The notes: a model not told the origin generated them from the sequence alone. Positions 26,200-40,509 are shown, numbered from the stretch's first letter. The stretch: DNA of 64,000 bases from Octopus sinensis (GCF_006345805.1 NC_043007.1:54188001-54252000); one strand, 5' to 3'. Made by a program: numbers and translations.

Positions 26200-27335
26200 T
26201 TAGACTACGAGTGTCTTTGAGCAAAACTGGTGAATGCAGTCCGTCTGCTTTACCACCTCTGACTGTCACTCACTGCCACTCTGTTGTGTTACTCTGGTTT
26301 CCCTAGTGTGATCTGAAGATTCTTTCCCACCACTTCGTCCCACGTCTTCCTGGGTTTATCTCTTCCACATTTTCCCTCCTCAATTAGAGATGAGCTCTTC
26401 TTGATGCAGCTGTCTTCATCCATGCACATCAAATGACCATATCAGCACAGTCTTGTCTTTTGTACACTACATCTGAGGCCTCTTATACCCAATTTTCCTC
26501 CTAAATCATTTACACACTGTTATACATATACACTGACATTACTCATCCAGCAGAGAATGCTGACTCCATTTCCTTCAAGCTTTCACATGTCCTCTGTTGT
26601 CATAGCCCATGTCCCATTACCATGTAGTGCAGCTGTTTGTACACAGGCATCATACAACCTGCCTTCCACTCCAAGGGAGAGGTCTTTTGTTACCAACAAA
26701 GGTAGCAGCTTTCTGAAGTTTACACTGCTTATTCTAGCAATTACACTTTCAGAGCTTCTTCTCTTCCACTGATAACTTGGTCACCTAGGTAAATAGAAAC
26801 TATGTACTACATCTAAGGATACACCCGGACATTTGAATGAGTCCATCTTCTGCACATTCCTAGTGTTTATTATACCTGCACATCTGCCACACACAAAAAC
26901 TACTTTCTCTGTTAACCTTCCTGTAATACTGCTGCACCTACTATGTGTTCATAGCTCACACTGGACACTTCATATGGAGTTTCTACAAACACCTTTTCTA
27001 CTTATTGAGCAGGGCCATTGCCTTGAGGGGATCAGTGATTTGTCTGTTTCCCTACTTACTAAGGACTGTGGCCCTTGTTAAGGTCCTTTGATTCCAGACC
27101 TTGCTTACATACCTGAAATTTCTTCTCTAGTTCTGGTAGTGATTCAACAATAAGAACATAGAAGAGCTCCCAAAAGCAACCAATTTTAAATTCCTCTGTT
27201 ATGAACTGGAGGAGTATAATAAACAAGAAGGGGCTGAGAACCAATCCTTGATGAACTCTATCTATACACTGAATTCATTGCTAAACTCATTGCTGACTTT
27301 CACTTTACTGACAGCATGCCTGTACAGCTCTCACC
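26200..27335 (-). mobile_element. RTE-type LINE fragment
   Basis: ORF 27059-27244 (VLSPFLFIILLQFITEEFKIGCFWELFY) is homologous to the RT at 46065. Confidence 0.85.
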
Positions 27336-27399
27336 AAGTTCACAGAAAATTTTGTCACCCAGTATATTTCATATTTACAGTGAAAAATTTGAACAAAAA

Positions 27400-28200
27400 G
27401 TAAAAGACAGTCAAAATTCTAATGGAAGTAATACTGTGGAAAATGCTTGCCAAAGAAAATCTATCGTAGAAAATAAATTGGTCATAAATTTACATCAAAA
27501 CACTTAGCAGTTGGTATCTATCTCTGTCTTAAAGGTTGGACTAAGTTTCTGCTGAGGGACTATGAATTTTGACAAAAATGAACTAGCTCAAGAATTATTT
27601 CAGCTTTGTCTGCCATCATGAGTTTAAAAAATATTTTTTTGATATATATATATATTAAAAAAAAAAAGGTGAGGGAGAACAAGGGTCAGAAAATCACACA
27701 TTTGTTGAAAATGACAATGATGATCAAATCTGGCACAAATGGATCCCATAAATTCCAAAATGGTCTATGGAGGAAGTTCAGGACAGATGTTCACAGGCAC
27801 TATGAGTATTTCTTGAATCTTGTCAGACAGGCATTAGGAAAAACCTTAAAACATGTACAAAAGAGACGTAGAATAACCCCACAAATTCCCGCCATAACAA
27901 ACATCATAATGTTACTAATAATGATTTTATTATTATTAAAATGGCAGATAAAGGAGTGTTATCTTAATTATCAACAAAGCTGAGTACATTTCAACTTGTG
28001 AAGAAACTTTAAAAGATAAAACTTTTTATGAAGAATTACTTATTGATCCAATCCCCAATTACTGAAAAGAACTTGACAAAGAAGACAATTTTACAAATGG
28101 AGGAAGACAATTTTATAAATGACACTGAATCTAGAATATTGCACTCAGAGCAAAGAACACCTGTACTTTATGACCTTGCAAAAATGCACAAAAAGCTAGG
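27400..28200 (+). mobile_element. Penelope-like RT N-terminal remnant
   Basis: Decayed motifs LKVGLSF, IIKMADKG and RTPVLYDLAKMHK (compare the PLE motif xTPxxYxLPKxHK). Confidence 0.55.
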
Positions 28201-28468
28201 GCATTATATATGCATATATGAGTGGATGTACATTTACACTTATTTGTTTACGTGTAGTTGTACTTATGTATGAATTCATTTTTATGTTTTAAATTTATAA
28301 TAAATGTGTATTAATATATGCACATCGCGTGTGTATATGTACGGATGTACATAAGTGCATATAGATGCAAGTGTGTTTATGTATGTGCACACATCAGTAT
28401 ATATATATGTGTGTGTACATGTGTTATGTATTAGTGTGTGAATAGGTTCACATATGTGTTTGTGCATA

Positions 28469-28538
<70 letters not shown>

Positions 28539-29070
28539 AATACATATGCTTATATATGTATGTGTGTAACATTTACTCTCCCATCCCCCTCTCCCAACCA
28601 ATATAGATACACCATCTGCTTTACAAACATGCATATGTAGCAGTGAGTGTGCGCTTGTGTGTCTGAAATTGCATGTGTTCTACAAATACACAAATGTATG
28701 TGCATATATGTTGGTATGTGTGCATCCATGTCTAATGATTATCCATTAGAACATACTAGATGCTCACTATATTTTTTTATCTTACCATCTTACCCCTGTT
28801 CATCTGATATTTGTATATCTGTCTATATGTATATATACATAATGTGTGTGCATGCACATGAGTATTTGTGTGTACATATCCATATGTATGTGAATATATG
28901 TGTATGCGTATATATATGCATGTCTAAAGAATGTGTATGTATATATTTATGTACATTTTATGCACCTATGTATATTATTGTTTTTTTGTGTTTTGTATTT
29001 AAAACTTAAATTTTTGTGGTTATATGTGTGTGAAGCCATGAACATACACACATGAGTGTGAATATATGTA
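28200..29070. repeat. (GT)n and TATG low-complexity region
   Basis: (GT)n of about 60 bp at 28472-28535 within a GT/AT-rich tract. Confidence 0.85.
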
Positions 29071-32025
29071 TACATTAGATTGTCCAGTTTTCAGGGTCAA
29101 AACTTTTCCTGACTGCACCAGCGGATGAAAGTATGGGGTATACAAATTGGCAGGGCTCTAAAACCATTTTTGTGACTACACAAACCTCCTTAAGTGGAAA
29201 AAATGCGTTTTTATTGTGCTTGTGTAATGTCAAAAAGGTATCTGTTTCATGTTTATTTTGTCTCACGTGGATCTAAATTAAGCTAAAAAAATTATGGTGC
29301 AAGTGTAAAACTCATTTCTAATTACTTTATAGCAAGCACAAAGTTACACGGTTGACTAAAAATCTTAAAACCTTATAATCACATCTACAAGATGTTGAGC
29401 AACCATGAATAGGAGAGAACAAGGAGAAGGGGGGATTGGGTCAGTGGGTGGAAGGAGAAGGGAAGAAAGGCTGAGTACGCCACATATTTTCAGTTAGGGT
29501 TAAACCAATGAACTATGAGGGGGAAGATAGGAATATTATTAAACTTCCAAAGTTTAATATTTTTAAACTTCCAAAGTTAACAATATACTATGTATCATTT
29601 ATAGAATATTTGGTAAATGCAACATAACATTTATTTCAGTGTCTTTTATTTCAGATATAGAAAGAAAATATAGGTAAAATATAGTGAAAGTGTTAAGTGA
29701 TAACTGAAATCAGTTTTGCATTAAAGGGACAGCTGTTGCTTTTTTCAAGGATTTGTGTGTACATATCCATATGTAAGTGAATATATGTTTAAAGTGATAT
29801 ATGCAACTAACTGCAAAGTGATAAGATGCTGTCTTTTTCAAATTGATGTTCAAGTGCTTTTTTAATACAACTGAAGTAAGATGGCAAAAACAAGACCAAG
29901 CAAAGAAATATTTCTCATTAGTAAAACACTTTTGGACATTAAAAACTGTCAACAGACTACAAATGAAGAAATTCTGCAATATTTCTATCACATGAAGACA
30001 AACAATCCTAAAATGCAAGAAAAATACATTGTTTGTTGTGGAGTAATACAGGATCAGCAACTGAAATGTGATAGTAACTGTTGTTGTTTGTTGAATAAGA
30101 TTGTTTCAATATATAACAAAATGGGAATACCAACTATCAGAATAGATCATGTGAAGGAGAAAGTTTTAGATTTACTACAGATGTACAAAAATCTGGTGTC
30201 CCTGAAAAGTAGAAAAGGTTTAAAAGAGCAGAAAAAAATGAGAGAACTTCACTGAAAAGCTGCTACCTGATCTTTTTGACATAATGCCCAAAGATGTAGA
30301 GAACATCTTCAAATAAGACAAGGAAAAAACTGAGAAAAACAAGCATGAAGGTATCATGTTCATATAAGATCAAAGGGGTCCCAGAAAATGTATGACTGGT
30401 GGAAAAGATTCAAGATGCACCAAGGCTGTTGGGAAACAGGAAAAGCAAAAGGAAAGATTATTTAACATAGAACATGAACAAAAGGCTAACAAGCTTAAAC
30501 TGCAGCCTCCTGGATGATTTGGAATGGCAGTTAAATGCATTTCAAATATTTCAGCAGGGTTTCCTATGCTTAAGTGCTAAGTGAACAATGAACATCTAGT
30601 CCATAATATTTCCTTTTAAGAATCATCTGAATACTATATACTGAGGATTCATTTTATAGTACAACTTGTATTATCAATATATATATATAAAGCACAGGAT
30701 GTGTGTCTGTTTGTGTGTTTGTCTTGTCGTTAAAACTCGAGATCCACCCAACCAGTTTTAATGAAATTTTCACAATTAGATAGCAAATTTACCAGGAATG
30801 GTTCTAAACTTTAAAAAACTTCTGGACACTGCAACCAATTTTGTTCAAATGTGTTGCAAAAAATTTGTCATGCTATGAAAATTATGCAAGTGGTTTGATA
30901 ATTTTCAACAACAGCCATGTTGCATGGAAATTTCAAAAAGCAGTGAAAAGATAGATTTGTCTGTTGAACTTGCAACCAATTTTCTTAAAATTTGGTAGGA
31001 ACATTACTTGTGGTCAAAATATTAGGTTGAACTATTTTTCTCTCAATGTCGTTTGTGCTTACAGAGAAAAATCCGTGAATGACTGAGTTGAAAATCATTG
31101 TTTAGCCAATTACTTCTGCCTTTTGCTACCCATTTGCTCCAGATTGCACATCAACATCAATTTTGAAACAAGAACTGTTTGAAGCAAAACATTTCTCAGG
31201 GTCATCTGCTTCAAATGGGGAATATCCATGACTAAATGGGTTGAAAACCATTTTGTAGCTGAAACTTCAATTATTTTTATTTTTATTTCATCTAGTTTCA
31301 GCTCACGAGCTGTGGCCATGCTAACAGAATTTCTTTAAAATTTGTATGAACAAGTTTAATTCAAAATGCGCTAAATAAGTGGTTTAAGCTGGTTTTTGGC
31401 CTACACTTTCTGGTGATTACAGTCAGTTTGCACCAAATTCAGATCAAACATCCCTAATTATTTCAATATTTTCACAATTTTACTTAAAAATCCTGTTTTT
31501 ACCGAGGTGCATTGTTTTTTAAACAATCCATAACAAACTACATGGTGAAAAACAATTAATAATGCTATTTTAAAGAAAGCTCACAAAATTTCTCCATCTT
31601 AACAGGATACAGTGTTTTGTTACTGCAATTAAATCACATGTGCATTTTCCAGGGTTTAATCAAATTTCTATGCACTATCAATTTTTTCACATGCAAGGTG
31701 TGTTAGGAAAATCAATACCTATTAGTTCATGAACGCATACACACAATACGAGTCAACAAAACCTGAAGCTCAGTTGCAGAAATTGCACCTTCTTGGTAAG
31801 CATTTGATATTGCATTCTAATTTTTTAATCAATTTTTTAACTTCTAGCAATAAATTCTGGCATCAGTAACCAGGCTTACAACCAAACTTATATAGCCCAA
31901 ACTTATACCTCTTATCTTATTTTACCTTTCATTTTAGTTTTTTACCTAAACATCATTTGCAAAGTCATTATAAACTTTCTGGGGTCTATAAGTAGTATTT
32001 ATTGACAAGCTTGCCACTCATTTAA

Positions 32026-33280
32026 CCCTTTCGTTACTATATTTCTGACCAAAACACACCCCTTATGTGTTTCAATAAATTTCTAATATAATCATAAATT
32101 TAGTCTGGTTTCATTAAACAACTATAACTTTTTTATTTATCAATATTTAATGTGATTTTTGGAAGATAATTTAATGAAATGTTCTCAACCAATTCTATAC
32201 TATAAATTTTGTCACAAAGTGACTCTAATTGCAGGTAGATACAGGTAAATTCAACAAAATATAAAATTATTAAAATTTTTGTTCAAACATCGCTATAGAA
32301 AATGGGTTATTAGCTAATATTCAATTGGGTATACAAAATTTTACTATAGAATTTGTTATTCTGGGTAACTTTCTGATACCCATAATAATATTTATGGCAA
32401 AATAGGCCTTAATTTCATTTAACGTTGTGGGAAACCACAAACTATCCTTTCTTTCACTTTGTTTACATTTAGCGTAACAGTTCGTTTCCGCCGTAATTTT
32501 CTGATACCCATAATATTTATGGGTAACTTTCAGATACCCATAATAATATTTATGAGTAACTTTCTGATACCCATAATAATATTTATGGCAAAATAGGCAT
32601 TGATTTCATTTAAGGTTGTGGGAAATAACAAACTATCCTTTCTTTCACTTTGTTTACATTTAGCGTAACAGTTCGTTTCTGCCGTAATGATTTCAAATAG
32701 GCTCATTCGAAAAAGTAAAAAGAAATAGTCTAAGGCTTTACTCTCCTGGGAAAGACTGTGGCTTGGTCCAGTTTCTTCAGAAAAATCACTGAAAGAAACA
32801 GTTTTTAAATTTTCACTCCATTCAGGTGCCAATTCATTTTCTTTATCGCTGTCGGAGCTCTCGGATTCACTGCTTTCATTTTCGGAAAATGAAACATCAG
32901 ATTCATTATCAAATACCACGTGCTTTTTTTTTCAGTCATAGAGTTAGATTTATCAAGGTCTTCAGTAGAAAAGCCTTCGAATTCTGACTCGCTGCTTGAT
33001 ATAATGAAATTCATATCCATTTTTTGTCAGAATTACAAATTTTGAAAACACAATAGGAACAAATTTCAGAAAAAAATCTCCCAAAATTCACGGAATTAAA
33101 ATTACACTTCGATCGTTGTACAAAACTGTAGATGAACTGTTTACGAAGTATAATCACGTGTTTTCACGAATGTACTAAAGAGATTTGCTCTGATATTCTC
33201 ATTTAAATATGAATAGGTAATTACAGGCGGCTTGGTCACATGAACCAAAATTTTTTTGGGGCGGTTTGGTAACGAAAGGG
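32026..33280 (-). mobile_element. piggyBac-family internal-deletion element, copy 2
   Basis: TTAA at 32022-32025 and 33281-33284. Same TIRs as copy 1 and highly similar to 20868-21929. Internal duplication at about 32365-32680. Confidence 0.88.
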
Positions 33281-33502
33281 TTAAACCATCATTTCATTGC
33301 ATAGCCCTTTTACCTTTAACATCCTTTGTAATTATTATCAAAAGAATATACTTAAACAACCCAATATACTAAATAATGCATTAGCTATGTTTTAGTTCCC
33401 ATGTAGTGCTGGAATGCATAAGGTGTAAAAATCTAATTGTTACCATTGGTGTATAAGTTTATTTTTTTAATTCTTCTGTCAAGTCAAAGATATTCCATAA
33501 CT

Positions 33503-36500
33503 ATGCCAAGACGGTCTCGATCTTCAATTGGGCGCAACACTGTGTGAGTTTCAAAATTGAAGAAAAAGCGAGCTAATAAAATGTCAGAGGAAACTAGCAG
33601 TAGGTTAACCCAAAATGCTTTGATAAGAGCTATTGCAAGAACAATGGCTACCAATGAACAGCATTTGATACATCAAACAAGAAATGCTCAAGCAGCAGAG
33701 ACTGATGGACAGTGTACAGTCTGTCAGAACAATGCTGCTGCAGTAACTGCTGCTGCTAGAACAGCAGAGAATCATGAACAGCATTTTTTGCATCAGAGCG
33801 CTGATGCTGCAGCAACTACTGCTGGTAGAGCAGCAGAGACTGATGGGCAATGTAGAGTCCATCAGAACAGAAATGCTGCTGTTAGAGCTGCAGAAACCCC
33901 AACTGATTGAGATAACTGGTTCGAGGGTAATGTAATTCGTAGAGCTACTAGACATGGTACTTCAAGAGTATGTTCTTCATGATGGTTGTATAAGGCGTTC
34001 AACTATGATCCAAATTGTAACTATGCTGTTCTACCTGACTTACTAATTAGTAGAATGTCCATCATTTGTCAACACTGCTCCTCCAAAAAGTGGTCAGGAG
34101 TAAGTCCTGGAATGTGTCTAATGGAAAGGTTAAATAACCCATCCTCTAGGATCCACCTCAACTGTTGAAGCTTCTTCTATTAAGTTCATTATCAGATTCA
34201 AAACACTACCTCAACAACATCAGAAAGTACAATTGTGTGTTCCAAATGACATCATTCAGAGCAAACATTGTCAGTGATGGTGGTTTTATGCCTACTTTTA
34301 AAGTACAGGGACAGATTTACCATAGGATTGGACCACTCCAGCCTTCTGCTGATGAGGAACCTCAATTTCTTCAACTTTAGCTTCAGAATATGCTGCTTCA
34401 AATGTGCCTTAGAAGCATCGACCTCACCAGTATTCCATGTCATACTTAATGCTGACCAACGGCCAACTGGAGAGCATACTGGGTGCAACAATACACCTTC
34501 CTGTAATGAGGTTGCCATTGTTCTTCATGGAGAACAGCATAACAAATAAGACATTGTTCTCAAACATCATGATAACACTCTCCAAAGAATTTGTGAAACA
34601 CACAGATCAGACGATGCTTTGGAGTAGCCACTGCTCTTCGTGAATGGTGAGGATGGATACCATTTCGGCATTCCGCAGTATAATACCAACAATCCTGATG
34701 AATAAACTACCAAGTCAATTTCTTGCATGGCCATCTACACATTTCTTTTTATGATCTGCTGCAACTCTTTCAACCACCTACATCATTCGAGAGACCTCTT
34801 CCACCAATTTGTTAGTGATATAGCTGCAAAAATGGAGTCAGAAAGATTGTGCTTCATAAGGTTAAATCAGAAGCAACTTCATTCAGACAATTACAATCAT
34901 CTTAGCGACTCCATCAACAATGATGCACATCCCAGAAGCATAGGGAAGTTATGCATCTTACCTTCAACTTACACAGGAGGTCCCCGATACATGAATGAGA
35001 GAACACAGAATGCGATGACATTCGTGCAGCTCTATGGCAGACCAGATTTATTTATTACTTTTATATGCAACCCAATGTGGAAGGAGATTAAGGATGAATT
35101 GTTTCCTGGCCAAAATGCCAAGGACAGGCATGACCTCATGGCCAGAGTCTTCTTCCTTAAATTATTAAAACTTACGGATCTGTTTATAAAATGGCAGAAA
35201 CAAGCCCTTCCACATGCACATATTCTCATTTGACTATCAAAAAAGATCAACTCTACAGAGATCCACAAGATTATCTCTGCTGAGCTTCAAGATCTGTCAA
35301 CTGACAGGGATTTATATGACAAAATAAATGCTCACATGGTGCATGGGCCTTGCGGACATTGCTTCAACCCAAACTCACCATGCCTGAAAGACGGTTTGTG
35401 CATTAAAAAGTTTCCCCAACAGTTCTTTCTCGAAACAGGGACTGGAAACAATGGATATCCATTGTACAGATAAAAAAGACCTGAAGATGGAGGATTCACT
35501 GCAAAAGGTGGCCAGTACAAAATTGACAACAGATGGATAGTTCCTTATTGTCCTCTTTTACTAACGATTTTTGACACCCATATCAATGTTGAGTTCTGCA
35601 ACTCTGTCAAGTCCATCAAGTATGTCTGTGAGTATGTGAATAAGGGTTCTGATGCTGCTATGTTCAGTCTTCAAAATGACAACAATTGAAATGAGGTAAC
35701 TCAGTACCAAGCAGGTCATTACATCAGCATAAGTTCTGCAAAGGCAGAAGTGCTTAAAAGGTGCCAGCTAATCGTGCAGGATGAATGTAGTATGGCACAC
35801 AAGGGAGCTATTGAAGCACTTAATAAGACCTTACAAGATATAAGAGACTGTGAGGATCCAATGGGAGGTGTAACTCTTATTATCTGGTGATTTCAGGCAG
35901 ACTCTTCCTGTTATTCCTAAATGAACTTGGGCAGATGCAGTGCAAGCATGCCTAAAATCTTCACCATTGTGGCAACATGTCAAAATTCTGAAACTTCATA
36001 CCAATATGTGGGCTCAACTGTATGGAGACCATATGTCTGCTTCATTTTCTTTGGACATTCTGAAAACTGGAGACAGCGAAGTGCCTCTGGATTCCACTAA
36101 AGGAATGGAAGTTGATCTGGTTTGCAACATTGTCAACACTGCTGGTGACCTGACAATGACAGTGTTTCCTATTCTGCAGGAAAACTACAAAAACCATGAT
36201 TGGTTATGTGAAACAGCAATACTTACTCTCAAGAATAGCACTGTAAATAAAATCAATGAGCACCTTTTGCTGTGTCTTCCTGAATTCGTTCACACTTTTA
36301 AATCAGTGGACACAATTCAAAATCCTAAAGAGGTTGTCCATTATCTCACTGAATTCCTAAATTCATTAGAACCCCTTGGATTGCCTCCTCACCAACTAAG
36401 TCTCAAAGTGGGCACTCCAGTTATGCTACTGCGAAACTTGGAACCATCCAGACTCTGTAATGGAACATGCCTAGTGGTAAAAAAGATGAGGGTGCATGTC

Positions 36501-36800
36501 ATTGAGGCGACCATTCTCTCCAGATGTGGTAAAGGAGAGGATGTCTTCATTCCACAGATTCCACTTACTCTGTCCATATCAGACATCCACTTCTTATTCA
36601 GAAGGCTCCAGTTCCCTATTCACATCAGTTTTGGAACGTCAATCAATAAATTGCAGGATCATACTTTGTTCATAGCAGGAATTCACCTGGAAGAGCCATG
36701 TTTCTCACATGGGCAGTTGCATATTGCCTGCTCCTGAGTTGGGAAGAAAGACAATCAGTTCGCATTCGTTCCTTGAGGTGCAACTAAGAATATTATCTAC
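33503..36800 (+). pseudogene. Helitron RepHel pseudogene (HUH Rep plus PIF1-like helicase)
   Basis: ILPSTYTGGPRYM, YGRPDLFITFICNP, WQKQALPHAHIL (HUH), MVHGPCG, DNRWIVPY, HINVEFCNSVKSIKY; helicase G*FRQTLPV, LKVGTPVMLLRNL..LCNGT, RLQFPI, FSHGQLHIACS. Many stops, and a large deletion between Rep and helicase. Confidence 0.9.
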
Positions 36801-38009
36801 CACGAGGTTCTGTGAACTGAATCCCAGTCTTTTTTTATTAATGCTGCATACTGCAGGGTTCAGCATAAGCATAGTGCAGGCATCCAATTTTCTATATTTG
36901 CTTTGTCTGGTGAACATGACTGCTTTAACAAGGACCTACAACTGAAATGATTTTGATTACACAATGTTTTTTTTTTTTTTTAATGCACTTACTTATTACA
37001 TTAGTACCTTTATTCACATGCCATGGTCAAATTCTTGACATGTTGCCATACAATGTGTGCAATAAGTTTGACATTTTACTTCAGCAAAAAAAAAATTTCC
37101 TTTTCTTTTATTTTCAGAAATCTTTGCATATTATAACTGTATACATAGATCAACTCAAACTATGCTGCTAACATCCTGGGCAACACCAGGTACTTCTGCT
37201 AGTTTATTTTAAAAGTATAATTAAAAATGTATCTTGGAAGGTTGTTGATTCACAATTAGAAACTTTTTACCAACCATGTTACGTTGTGCTTCTCAGAAAA
37301 TTATGCACTTGCACCATAATTTTCTAGCATATTTTAGATCCACATGAGACTTATGAAACAAATATTAAACAGATATCTTTTGATTTGACACTATACAAGC
37401 ACTATAAGTGGTCAATTTTGATCCCACCCCACAAAAAATGCATTTTTTCCAACTTCAAGAGGCTTGTATTGTCACAAAAATAGCTTTAGAGCTTTGTCAC
37501 TTTCTTTACCTCATATTTTTATCCACTAGCACCACACAAGACAATGGTGCAGTCAGAAGAAATTTTGCCCCTGTAAACAGGACACCCTAGTATACATGTG
37601 TGCATGTATTCAAGTACACACTGTATTTATATCCACCAACAATCTCAACTGCAAGCATAAATATGCATATATATATATAAAATTAAATTTTCCTTATTTA
37701 TTTATTTATCCATTCATTGAAGAGTGTAAAGGGTAAATCATTTGAAAAATGTACATTATTCATGTGTGCTTTATAATTTGTTCCAGAACAATCCAGGGAA
37801 ATGCCATTATCACCAGTACATAAACTTATGACCCCTTGATTTGAAAACAGTTTGAGTGCCAACGCATGAAACTTTAGATCCTTCAGCCACTCTGTAACTT
37901 CTGCCAATTATTAATGAAAAAAATATATGAAAACAGGACAGTCTACTTGAGTTTCCCTTCCTAGCTGACTGATCACATGAATCAAGGCAAGTACATATAT
38001 ACATATATA

Positions 38010-38287
38010 TATTGTTGGGGGCTCCTTCGTGTTGGAGGTCATCTTGACCTTGTTATCTCCCCTACTTTCCCCTTCCCATCTGACCATTCTGTCTGAGTCA
38101 GATGCCATGATAGATCGTTAGCTACTACACATTTTTTTTCTCTCCTTGTTTTTTCTGTGTACCTTTCTGTAGAAGAGCGTAGGCTCAAAACGTAAAAGAC
38201 TTTTTTTATTCCTGAGCGCTATACTAATACATCTGCTTGTTTGTACACCACCTGCCTTCGTCTTTTGTTTATGTTCGTAAACTTTCC

Positions 38288-38292
<5 letters not shown>
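38010..38292 (+). mobile_element. Probable PLE terminal-repeat (pLTR) fragment with degenerate hammerhead motif
   Basis: CTTT CTGTAGA A GAGC GTAG GCTC AAAA CG TA AAAG at 38163-38198. A related, more decayed copy is at about 23765-23800. Confidence 0.5.
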
Positions 38293-38353
<61 letters not shown>

Positions 38354-38355
<2 letters not shown>

Positions 38356-39257
38356 GGTGTGATGGGTAAATTGTCACTATTTTATATTTTTAATTTTGTG
38401 CATGTGCATTGTTGTTTTGATTTTGTCAACTACACAGTATAGTAGAATCAGTTGGGCATTATCTGTGAGAAAAACAGCACCATGATGCAATTCACTCTGC
38501 CAGAAATTTGGAAATGACATGCTGTACTGCTTGGCATTCATGCTGGAAGCTCCAATACAAACATTTCAGAGTGCTTGGGTGTCAATCGGACAACAGTGCA
38601 ATCTGAGGACATGTACTGAGAGTGATAAAAATCAAACATACAGTCAATATCATGGTGTTTGGAGTGATCACTAGTGATGGCAATGTTATGCCTCCATTCA
38701 TCTTCCCACATGGCCTCAGACTCAACACAGAGGCCTACATCAAGTGCCTGTAGGAGGTAGTACTGCCCTGGGTCAAGTGAGTTGCTGCTGGAAGACGCTG
38801 TCTGGCAACAGGACTCTGCACCATGCCACACAAGCAGGAGAACCCAGTCATGGATGTCAGACAGTTTCTGCAACCACATTACCCCTAACATCTGGCCACC
38901 TGACTCTCCAGACTGCAACCCCCTTGATTACTATGCCTGGGGTGTAACTTAGCGAGAGACCAACTAAACTGCTTGTAACATCAAAGATGAATTGAAGGCA
39001 AGGATTATGGCAGCATTCACCAACTAAAACAAAGAGACTGTCCAGAAGAGTTTCAGGAGATTCCAAAGTCATCTGGAGGCTGTGGTTGAAGCCAATGGTG
39101 ATTTTATTGAATAAATTTACTCTTTAGGATTTCAAGATATTTTCATGTAATTTTGGTAAATATATCTCTTAAAATGAGAGTCAGTGTTATTTTCAATTTT
39201 GTGTAATTTAGACAATATAAATCCTTAAATCCTTAAAATATATTCACTCACCCTGTG
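38354..39257 (+). mobile_element. Tc1/mariner superfamily element (maT/DD37D-like), decayed
   Basis: MVFGVITSDGNVMPPFIF, WQQDSAPCH and WPPDSPDCNPLDY remnants. Termini cgggtgtgatgggtaaat / atattcactcaccctg. Confidence 0.7.
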
Positions 39258-39599
39258 TACATATATATGAAATAATATTTGATACAAAAATAGTAGATAG
39301 AAGGAATTTGCAAAACAGAGGGCACACATACACATTCATATATATACATATATGTATGCTGCATGTGTTGTGTGTACATGTTTATATATATAGAAGTATG
39401 AGATTGTATAAGAGAAAGTGGGAAAGTAAAGAAAGAAAGGAAGATGAAAGTGTACAACTAAATGAAACAGATCTGACATTTAGCTTCCCATTGTGAATGT
39501 CAATTTTTAAATAAAATTACAGAGGTTATTTTAAAGACACTTATTCAAGATTGAGTTAAACAAAGGGAATTTAGAGAATGTTTTTGTTTTTTGTATAGC

Positions 39600-40050
39600 C
39601 CCCAAGTCATTCTTGCCCAAGCATGATTACAGCCTGTAAAAACCTGGCTGAATGAAGCAACAGGTTTAATTCCCCCAATCAGTTATTCTTGATTCACTGA
39701 TCTTGCATCTACTTTGATACCATGTTATACATTCTGTTGCAACATTCATTGGTTTTATTGTATGGGGTGCAATGTGGAATTTAAAAACACGATACACAAT
39801 CTCCAACTTCAAATGAGGTTTGCTCCATTCCAGCTGTGATTACCTCCAAAATCTTTGGCAATATAGTGAACAAGGGAGCTTGTACATGGTCACTCAAACT
39901 GCTAAAATTAGAGGCTAAATCTCTATCAATCTTGAAAAAGGATACACTAGATAATACAGTTTTGGTTACACTATATTTGGATGGAATTGTCATGACTGGA
40001 CTACCTTGGATCACAAATTTGCTAGATCAGAGCAGATCTTGGAGATTAAA
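39600..40050 (-). mobile_element. CR1/L2-like LINE 3' remnant
   Basis: QAPLFTILPK..LEVIT resembles the GPxLFNxLPK C-terminal motif of this group. Confidence 0.4.
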
Positions 40051-40468
40051 CAACGATTAGAATAAACAGTTGTTAAGTTTCTGATGAATGAACAGTGTTT
40101 TGTTTCATTACTATGTAATGTATTACTGAAAGTTTCTATAAGATATGTTCTACAGTACATTATATAATAATCCTTTAAACTACAGGCACAACGACTGAAA
40201 TTTAGAGAGAGGGAGCTAGTCAATTATACTGACCCCAGTGTGCAACTGCCACTCATCCAGAAAGGATGACAAGTCGAACTCAGCAGAATTTGAACTCAGA
40301 ACAAAAGGACACATGAAATGCCAATAAGCATTATATCTAGTGTCCTAAAAGTTCTGCCATCTACACCTGACAAGGAGAAATAATCTCAAGATTCAAACCA
40401 CATATTTCAAGAACAAGCCTGCTTTTATCTTAATGGCATGCCAATTCCTTGCTTCCTATTATTCTTTC

Positions 40469-40509
<41 letters not shown>

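Larger units (their letters stand above)
30674..37202 (+). mobile_element. Helitron, formerly autonomous, pseudogenised
   Basis: A|TC 5' end. 3' hairpin cctgggcaacaccagg followed by CTAG|T. Contains Rep and PIF1 helicase coding remnants. Confidence 0.9.
29076..37589 (+). mobile_element. hAT (hATm-like) DNA transposon, host of a Helitron
   Basis: Perfect 8-bp TSD GTATACAT (29068-29075 / 37590-37597). Long imperfect TIRs tagattgtccagttttcagggtcaaaa / ttttgcccctgtaaacaggacacccta. ORF 29881-30255 (MAKTRPSKEIFLI..GIPT), then LFDI and DQRGPRK remnants. Confidence 0.82.
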
